64,000 nt of DNA. Source: Eledone cirrhosa (Eukaryota). A program made the position numbers and the translations under genes. This document shows positions 54,403 through 64,000 of this stretch, one piece after another; positions within the stretch are counted from its first letter, which is position 1; the number at the start of each line of letters is the position of its first letter. The notes under the pieces are model-generated. The model worked only from the letters and a program-made list of their open reading frames with translations. It ran no database searches and was not told where the DNA came from. Location: NCBI GenBank assembly GCA_964016885.1, contig OZ024741.1, positions 82,956,001-83,020,000 of the forward strand, in the 5' to 3' direction.

Positions 54403-54539
54403 CGATACGAAATAAATACTGTACATATATAAACGAAACTTCCTCGTCTTTTTTTATATGATATACACACTGCCTGTGTGTAGAGTGTTTTATTTGGTAC
54501 CAACACCAGTATGTCACCGTGCTACCCTCACTACATATT

Positions 54540-54600
<61 letters not shown>

Positions 54601-54657
54601 GTGTGTGTGTGTATATGTGTGTATATGTGTGTATATATATATGTGTGTATATGTGTG

Positions 54658-54735
<78 letters not shown>

Positions 54736-56039
54736 TGTATGTATGCTGTATGTATGAGAATATAAAAAGAAACCAACGATAGAATTATTATCTGAGACTA
54801 TATTACCTCAGTTTCTCGTTTGATATGTTGTAGAACATACATTTAATGAAATTAATTGTTCCTTTCGATAAAGAAGTAATAGGATTGATGGAATGAGGTA
54901 TCTTTGAGGGTTAAATATCACTGCTAACCGTATATATACTTTGATTTAATTTACTCAACGGAATGAAATGAAATGTACGTGTATTTCAAAACGCCGGCTT
55001 TGTCGCATTCTAAAATTTGGTAGGGTTTGAACTGAAATCCTGAAGAACCAGTGCAATTATATACAGCAGCGCATTTCCTCCCCCATGTTAATGTTTCTGC
55101 CTTTTCATCAGTATATTACAGGAAACCTCACTCCCAAAAGTGTACTTTGTTTAGCTATTTATAATTTTCCCTAATTTTAACAGAAGACGAGAACTTTTTT
55201 TTCTGTGGAAGAGGAAAGTCCGGCTCAAATACTTGATTGGTACTTTATATTATTGACCCTGGAATGATGAAAAGCTAAATTCACCTAGACAGTATTTGAA
55301 CTCAACACCTGAAGTTTCTGTACAAATAAAAGAAAAAGCAGATTATTTTGACGGACTCTTTAATGAGTCTGAAAATACGGTAAACTGCACACGAAAGAAA
55401 ATAGCATCTTTTTTTTCTAGTAATTATGGGTATGTGTATGCGCGAACATATTTGTGTTAATATGTAGCTATGTTTAAAATGGTAAATTTCGCATTATTCT
55501 TTCATACAATATGTTGTTCTACATTATACCTATTACTGTCTTTTGATGTGTATTTATTAACATTGGAACTAAACTCGCGACTTCAATAAATGGTTTACAC
55601 ATTGTAGATTCGTACACGGAGAAGACAATGCATGAATTTGTGTATATTAGATGCGACTTATGTAATGCTCTGAGGGATATTTATGTAAACATCATTCATT
55701 TATCAATTCTGTTCATTAAAAGGGTTTAAATAAAATAGTCTCCAACTATCATTTACTCTTTCTATGATGTGTTATGTGTGATATATCTTTAGAGGTATGA
55801 ATGTTAGTAATACTTGTTGTTGGGACAGTTTTATGATTTAATGAATTTAGCAATGTAATAAAAGCGGATAGAAGGAATTGCGGTATTTGGTCTGCCTAAA
55901 TAGTCCAAATCCCACCGAGCCCACTTTTCTTTTCCTATTTTTGAGGTCGATAAATAAAGTACAGTTTGGAACAGGAGTCCATTCTCTATATTTTGCGGCG
56001 TCTGGGTATTGCTGTTAATGTTGATGAGTATAACATATT

Positions 56040-56148
<109 letters not shown>

Positions 56149-56244
56149 TATTATGGACACTGTGCTAATGATATACGTTATGATGTGGTAGCTAAAAATA
56201 ATCGAAATTTATACTTAATTTCTCTATCTCTTTTTCTCTCTCTT

Positions 56245-56297
<53 letters not shown>

Positions 56298-56394
56298 TGT
56301 GGCGGGGTATTATATGTATGTAGGTGTATGTGCATGTATATTTATGAAATATGTATATTGCGTATATATATGTATATTGAATGTATATGCATCC

Positions 56395-56512
<118 letters not shown>

Positions 56513-57432
56513 ATTTTTGCGCACACACGCAAATGGACTTCCGTGGATGTGTATATGCATCCGTGTGTGTATTATTTCAGACACAATATCTTCGTTTATT
56601 CATGCATCCAAACCAGTCAACGGATGCTTATGTATGAGCCTAAACCGGTCGACATTACTATTAATGTTCTCATTTATCGAACTCCAGGCGAACGTTTCGT
56701 AAGATAGAATAACGCAAAATATTGATCTAAGTGATCGATTATCGATTACCAACTATCGATTTTGGTAATGTGTTAATATACCAAATTTTACTCGTCAGTG
56801 GTTATTGTCTTCATATATGTCTCACGCTGTACATTAAGCTATATATCTGACCAGACGAATAATTTAAAATTGCATCCACATGGTGTGAAAACAACGGTTA
56901 AAAGTGAAGGCAGATTAAAAAGGACAAGACGTTATAGGTGCTGGAAATAACTCCGAAAAACCTGTGTCAGTCACTCAGCTGTAACAAATTAATAAAATGT
57001 GAAGCAGTTCTGTATAGAGTATGTAAAGGTATTGACTCGTTTGAAATACGTAACGATCGTGTTTCTCAAATAGAAAAGCTCAATAGACCTTTGTTCAGAG
57101 CAACAATTATACAAGTTTAAAAGAGTTATATATATATAGAAAGAGAGAGGAGAAACACGATTGTTACATATTTAATGGGTATCGATAACTTTACATAACT
57201 TTACATAGTACACACACAGACACACACACATGTATATAAATATATATATATATATATACATAATAAATGTAATCTGTGTCTTTCGAATATTAACAATGAC
57301 ATTCGATTCGTTTGCAATTATGCAAACAAGACTCAATTGTATAGCCATATCAGTAGAATGAACCCTTCCTTCTTGCTCTTGTGTTGGTATGTGAACAGAA
57401 CTTTTTCTTTTATATATATATCTATATATATA

Positions 57433-57624
57433 TAACGAAGGAGTTGTGGTAAGGAACCAGATGGACCATAACGCACCAGAGTACTCAATACTTAGGGTAG
57501 TAGAGTGAGTAATAGGAACAAGTATGACCCCGATGGCAGAGCTCAAGCCGTTTCGACGGCTATTTCTTAGTCCAGAAATAGCCGTCTAAACGGCTTGAGC
57601 TCTGCCGTCGGGGTCATACGTTTT

Positions 57625-57626
<2 letters not shown>
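57433..57626. mobile_element. Family A fold-back copy
   Basis: AACGAAGGAGTTGTGGTAAGGAACCAG...GAGCTCAAGCCGTTTCGACGGCTATTTC then inverted short arm; TA-flanked. Confidence 0.85.
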
Positions 57627-57676
<50 letters not shown>

Positions 57677-57704
57677 AAAACGTATGTGTGTGTGTGCATA
57701 TATA

Positions 57705-57759
<55 letters not shown>

Positions 57760-57784
57760 GTGTGTGTATACGTATATACATATA

Positions 57785-57819
<35 letters not shown>

Positions 57820-57832
57820 GTATACACACACA

Positions 57833-57878
<46 letters not shown>

Positions 57879-58355
57879 CTTGGCTTCAGATAGAGATCTC
57901 TTTCATGGCATGCGGGGGTGTTTTATTAGCTTTTGATGCTACATGAGTTAGAATGTCTTCATCTGCGATCCAGGGGCGCTACAAATACCACAGTGGAATA
58001 GTAGAAATGGTTTCTACTACTTTCCGCTGCAAATCATAATCATCGAGACCCTCAGATTTTTAATATGTAAGTGTCAGCTTAATGGAGGTCCTTATTCGAT
58101 GGTGGATGATAAACAACATTAACAACAGCGTCAGTAGTAATAACAACAACAATAGCAGTAACAAAGATCACAATCATAGTAGCAACAAGAGTAGCTATGA
58201 GAAATAAACGAATAATCCACCTGACCGTTTCATATGAAATATTGGCTTGATTTAATGCAGCTGACATTGAAATATTAGCTTTACTTCCTGCTTCCGGTTA
58301 TAAATGTTGAAATGCAACCTATTCTTCCTTGCATGTATATATATATATCTTGTAC

Positions 58356-58419
<64 letters not shown>

Positions 58420-58426
<7 letters not shown>

Positions 58427-58990
58427 TATGTATACGTACATACATATATGTATACAGACGTACAGTATTATGTATATATATATATATATACATACGTGCA
58501 CACATATATATATGTACGTATGGATTCACCGAACATTTATTATTTAGGTAACAGCCGTACTAAAAGTGAGAAATGAAATTTCGTTTCATTTTTTCCGTTT
58601 ATCGTTTTCGGTACCCCGGTCGTTTAACCCACTCGATATGCAAATTAGGCTGCTCAGTCGTTAATATGCATAAGGAAAGTATATAATTTCAGACGTTCAA
58701 TCATGCTGACGATAGCTAATAAGCTTAAAACTAGTACAGCGTTCCTTTGTCAGTGTTGAACAAACGAGCAACGATAGTTACTAGACACTCTACGGCTTAA
58801 TTCGGGATGCATTATAATAAATGTTCGGTAAATCCATACGTACATATATATGTGTGCATGTATGTATATATATATACATACTACTGTACGTCTGTATACA
58901 TATATGTATGTACGTATTCATACTTCTATTTAAGTAACAGCCTTACTAAGAGTGAGAAATGAAATTTCGTTTCATTTTTTCCGTTTATAT
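58420..58990 (+). mobile_element. Family E copy with partial tandem repeat and degenerate HHR (~58706-58745)
   Basis: CUGACGA-UAGCUAAUAAGCUU-AAAAC UA GUA (G12 lost); repeat unit ends at ~58600 and ~58990. Confidence 0.75.
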
Positions 58991-60555
58991 ATATATATAC
59001 ATCATTTATATAGCATGTATGTATACACGCAGACACACACACCCACACACACAAAAACACACACACACACATATACACACGTACTCACACACACACATAT
59101 ATATATATAGTATTTATATATACCATCATGTATATCACATGTATGTATACACACATCTCGTATATATACATCATCTGTCTTAATGGTAGTGCCAATGTTA
59201 GTGCCACGCGTTCTGAAGGGCAAGTCATCTATGATATATTGTCCAAAGTGATCGCAAACCAGTTGAAATAATGAGATCTATGTATACTATATTTATTGGT
59301 TATCACTAAATAGAGTATCTCTATCCTCTACATTATAGGATCTATTGACAAAACCTAGCTGGGGCTAACAACACAACCGCAGCAGCAGCAAGAACATCTT
59401 CACCACTACCAGCAACAATATTGACAAAACAACTTCAACAACAACGACAACAACAAGCATAAAAACATCAACTATAAAGTCACCAAGAGCCACAAGATCG
59501 TATATACTACTGAGGCTAAATATAATAATTCGCATCCACCATCATTACAATAAAGGAACAAGCCAATAAGGCATAGTTAATGAAAGGAATGATACTTTGT
59601 CATATGATTATGTAGAAAACGCTACCAAATCTCCATCAAATTAAACCCTTATGCTTTAAAAAAGGATCAATTAAATGGCGTGGCTGTGGTTACACGGAGC
59701 CTTGTAGTGGAAAATGGACAACATATAAAGTCTTTCACCATAGGTCTATTCTATCAGAGATGACCAAGACCCAAAGAACAAAAGAAATATGGTGCAAATC
59801 AACAAAAAACCTTATATGTTGTTACTCTAACTGTCAGAAATAGCAGTCAAACCTTGCTCAAATAAAATCCTTCGATCTTTAAGCATAGATCGATTGCGTT
59901 AAGAAATGCTTACATAGCTGAGGCTAGAACATATATTATAAATGTGTTCCTTCACATTCAATCTTGTGCTAATGAAAAACAGTAACATATATATAGGTTG
60001 GTCACACTTGGCAGTAAGTTATTTGATGATTGCTGTAATTGTGCGCACCTAACGTTAGGGTAAACCTGATCGCCAGGAGCACCACAAGTAAAAATAAGAA
60101 TATCACCATCCACAACAGCAATACTAACAACAAAAACAACTCTACCAACGCAGCAGTTTCAAATCTAGAACTACAGTAACAAGGTATAAAATAGTGGTTT
60201 CTAATTTCGATACAAGGACATTTTGGAGTGAAAGGGAAGTCCATTGATACTTTATTTTATCGACACCGAAAGGATAACTGGCAAAGCTAACATTGGCAGA
60301 TTTAGAACAAATACTGCAAAGTATTTAGTCAGGATGTAATGTCGATTCTACAAATGCAAACTCTTCAACATATGTAATAATAACAATGTTAAAAATTATA
60401 ATAATAACAACAACCACGATAAAGCCAACCCCAGCAAATAAGGAGGCATCTACGAGTGTATTCGACCTAACAGATGCCACAAAACACACTCTTTATAACA
60501 CACGCACATGTACACATATGCACACACACACACCCGCATATATATATATATATGT

Positions 60556-60603
<48 letters not shown>

Positions 60604-60714
60604 TGTAAAAGGTAAACAGAAATAACAACATAATCGATTCTGTATATGGAAGGAATATATTAGTTTAACGCTTGAAATAACAGATTCAGACTTAGATGTG
60701 AGCAGTAGATAGCA

Positions 60715-61730
60715 TGATGCCTGGATGCTGGGATGGTTTGATGTTGCATTGTTCGATGGCTGCAACTGTTTATCTAGTTGGCTGGATCACTGGCTTTTTC
60801 ACCGGTTGTTTGGATGGCTGGCTTTCTTCTAGCTGATTGACTGCTTGGTTGACTATTTGGCTGCTTGACTTACTGGCTGTTTGGCTGGCTGTTCACTGGA
60901 ATGTTGGGCTGTATAGGTGGATGACTGCTTGACTCACCGGATGATTTGCTGGATGGTTGGCTGGAGTTGTCTTTTCAATTGTTAAGGGGCAGGCTGGCTG
61001 GCTAGCTGACTTGGAAATGGATGCTCTTTGGATATCCAGCTAGTCACCTGGCTCGCTGGTTACTTGTTAGATTTAAAAAAAAAATTATAAGTACATATTT
61101 ACATGTTTATTTTCAATATAGAAACAATAAAAAATGAGGAAACAAAAGAAAACAACGAATAGGAAAATATAGAGGAAAAAAAGAGGAGAGAAAAAAAAGA
61201 AGAAAAACGATCGGGAAGGGGAGGGTATGGCAAGAGCTTTGGTCTCGCTGAAGAGAGGGGTAAAACAACCTAGCTTGTTGGCATTTGGTTGGCTGTTTGA
61301 GAATTGTCTAATTGGTTGGCTGTTTCTTAGTTAGTTGGCTGCTTGGTTGGTTGGCTGGTTGTTTGGTTAGCTGGCTGCTTGGTTGGCTGGTTGTTTGGTT
61401 AGTTGGCTGGTTGACTGGTTGGTTGGTTGGATAGGAGCTCGATAATGGGCTGGTTGAAAGTCCGGCTGTTTTGCTGGCTGGCTGGGTGTTGGTTCGTTGG
61501 CTTGACGGCTGCCTGGCTGATTGCTCTGTGCTTCGGCTGGTTAATTAGTTAGCTACCTATTTGGTTGGCTAGCAGGCTGGTTGGCGACAAATCATTTACC
61601 TGGCTGTTTGTTTAGCAGGTTAATTGTTTAATTAACTAGCTAGCTCGATAATTGTTGGTTTGGCTTGGGTGGTTGGCTGAGTTTTTGGCAGACTGGCTTG
61701 TTTAGCTGGCTGTTCGTTGATTGGATGAAA
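60715..61730. repeat. Degenerate (TGGC/TGGT)n low-complexity tract
   Basis: Repeated GGCT/GGTT tetramers with strong G+T strand bias, interrupted at ~61070-61270. Confidence 0.85.
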
Positions 61731-62508
61731 ATAGATATATCAATTACGCCTCTCAGGAGATAGCAGTTGCGATAAAAAAAAGACAGAGGGGTCCGGGGTG
61801 AAATGGGACATGGATAAATAAATTCATTGTCACTTTTGATTCAAACAATTTTGCAATGTTGAATTCTTAGAATAGCAGCAGCACTAGCAACATGTGATAC
61901 CAAAAACGAAATAAAATCTGTAGCGACACTAACGGTAAAAATTAGCATATGTCGTGTTTGACTGCCAATGTTTCTGTTCGATCAATGGAAAAATGTGCTT
62001 GTGCTATTTAAATGTAAGTGGTTTAACAGTGCTGAAGCGTTTGTACCCTTAACATAATTGTCAGGGAGAATTAACTTGACGGAATATGGGACGAGACTGA
62101 ATTACAGGTGCAAACCATCCGATGCGTTTGAAAATAGCTTAACGTGTACAAATGTAGAAATTTTTTCACGTTCTTGGATTGTACCTGGGAATTCGTGATT
62201 ACGAAGCACATGTCTTAAGCAATTGGCCAAGCTGCATCCTTTTAAACATTAATCAGAGTCATCATGTTAACAACAGGCAAATCAATGTATGTTAGAATTA
62301 ATATTATACTAATGGGTTATATCAACACAAGAGTCATGCTAATGCAATGCACATGTTTATAAATAAAGTCCAAACATTATTAATTTGCGGCCTGATTTGA
62401 TATTTTCCTATTAAATCGTAAACTAATAATAAAAGTTTCTAGGGATTTGTTTTAATAGACACATACACTCGGACAGACACATACACAAACACACAGACAC
62501 AGCCATAC

Positions 62509-62587
<79 letters not shown>

Positions 62588-62601
62588 TAGATATATGTAT
62601 A

Positions 62602-62669
<68 letters not shown>

Positions 62670-62884
62670 TAGATATATGTATATATATATACATAAATGT
62701 GTGGGTGTGTGTGTGTGTAAATGCATATATATATATAAGTATATATAGAGAGACTGTGGCGCTGAGATTGGGGAAACCACTAATCATGGGAGTAATCAAC
62801 GCCCTGGCACCGCGGTCGGGATAATAAGTATATATATATATATTTACACATACACACATATATATATTTTTTTGAACGATCGAC

Positions 62885-63050
62885 TTTCGTCAAATCGGAC
62901 CGAGGAACCAATGTTTCCATTGGTCTTTCCAATCCAGGTAGAAGGAGCAACGTGAAATAAAGTGTCTTTCTCAAGGACATAATGCATAGCCCGGTGCGAG
63001 AATCGAACTCACAATATCCCGATTGGGAATCCACTCTAACCACTCAGTAT
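62885..63050 (-). mobile_element. tRNA-derived SINE of a second family
   Basis: Minus strand GAGTGGTTAGAG...GTGAGTTCGATTCTCGCACCGGGC...GTCCTTGAGAAAGACACTTTATTTCACGTTGCTCC (A/B-box-like head plus central core). Confidence 0.75.
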
Positions 63051-63097
63051 ACAAAATCACTGATTGGTAGATCCCTCCTCCTCCCCTACTCCTGCTC

Positions 63098-64000
63098 ATT
63101 CTTCTTCTTCTTCTTCTTCTTCTTCGCCGCCCATTCACTCCTGAGAAGGCCATGGGGACAGAGACCTGAAACATGCCTGCCCGTAAATCTTGTCAAAAGT
63201 AAACGTCTCCAATTATACGGCTAGATGCCCAATCTCATGGGCGTTATCCAAACATCTTTCTCGAGCTCAACCACTGGGTCTCCTACTGATTGGGTTTGGC
63301 CGTAAAATCTATCCAGCGATTCTTTCCTGGGACATGCTAACCACATGCATATTGTATCTATCAATTCGGAGAACTAGGGTCTCTATCTCAAGTGAAGCTC
63401 TAATGACCGAATTACGCACTCCATTTAGAAACTTACCTCCATAAAACATTCGAAGTAATCCCATTTCAGCTGCTTGTATTCGTGATCGAATTCTTTCGAT
63501 CATTACAAAAGATTCATGTCCATATTGAAGAGTTGGTATGAATACCGAATTGAAGATAAAAAGTTTGACTCTTACAACTACTTCTGTTCTTCTGATTAAT
63601 GAATTCTTAACCTGGTGCATTACTGCACCATATTCCTAAAATCCTTGAAATTAATTCAGCCTCCTGACTTCTATCCCGCATGAACATGGCACCGAGATAC
63701 TTGAACACATGTACCTGCTTCAATGGAGCTCGATTCACATGTAGAGTGCACTGCACAGGCCTCCTTGAGAGGACGAGTGTCTCAGGTTTTACAGCCCTGA
63801 TTTTCCATCCAGCCTGCAACACGCGAGTAGAAGTCGGAGATCACCTTCTGTCGAGTTAAATAACACCATGCCGCCTCCAAATTCTAGCCAACTGACGTTG
63901 AAGATATCAGTCACGACACCACTTCCAAACCGGATGCGTATGTCAATCCTGTTTAAGTAAATACTGATTAGGACAGGTGACAGTACGCACTCCTGATTTG
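63098..64000 (-). mobile_element. Decayed RTE-clade (Expander/Rex3-like) LINE 3' part with (GAA)n tail
   Basis: LKQVHVFKYLG, SVFIPTLQYGHESFVM.ERIRSRIQAAEMG.LR, VRNSVIR..LEIE.L; trinucleotide tail at 63098-63125. Confidence 0.82.

Noticed and set aside
61790-61815. CCGGGGTGAAATGGGACA as a DNA transposon TIR
   Set aside because: No partner inverted repeat or transposase in the window.

Overview
AT-rich, microsatellite-dense eukaryotic DNA, almost certainly non-coding and repeat-dominated. The abundant tRNA-derived SINEs (core GAGTTCAAATCCCGCCGAGGTTAACTTTGCCTTTCATCC...GGGGTCGATAAAATAAAGTACCAG) resemble octopus SINEs, so the source is probably an octopod cephalopod (inference). No complete host gene is recognisable, and most listed ORFs are translations of (TA)n/(CA)n tracts. 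Recognisable elements: a decayed Tx1-type LINE, a Chapaev3-type transposase with a long stop-free frame, a decayed Helitron, RTE-clade LINE fragments, several decayed Penelope-like element (PLE) RT/GIY-YIG remnants and about a dozen SINEs. The most striking signal is that at least six unrelated short repeat families, mostly embedded in (TA)n tracts, carry hammerhead ribozyme (HHR) folds readable by eye. Two families use the compensated U3:A8 core (UUGANAA). One family has two HHRs 545 nt apart, like a retrozyme. Many copies are head-to-head fold-backs with both RNA 3' ends running outward into TA repeats. All folds were paired by eye and none has been tested.
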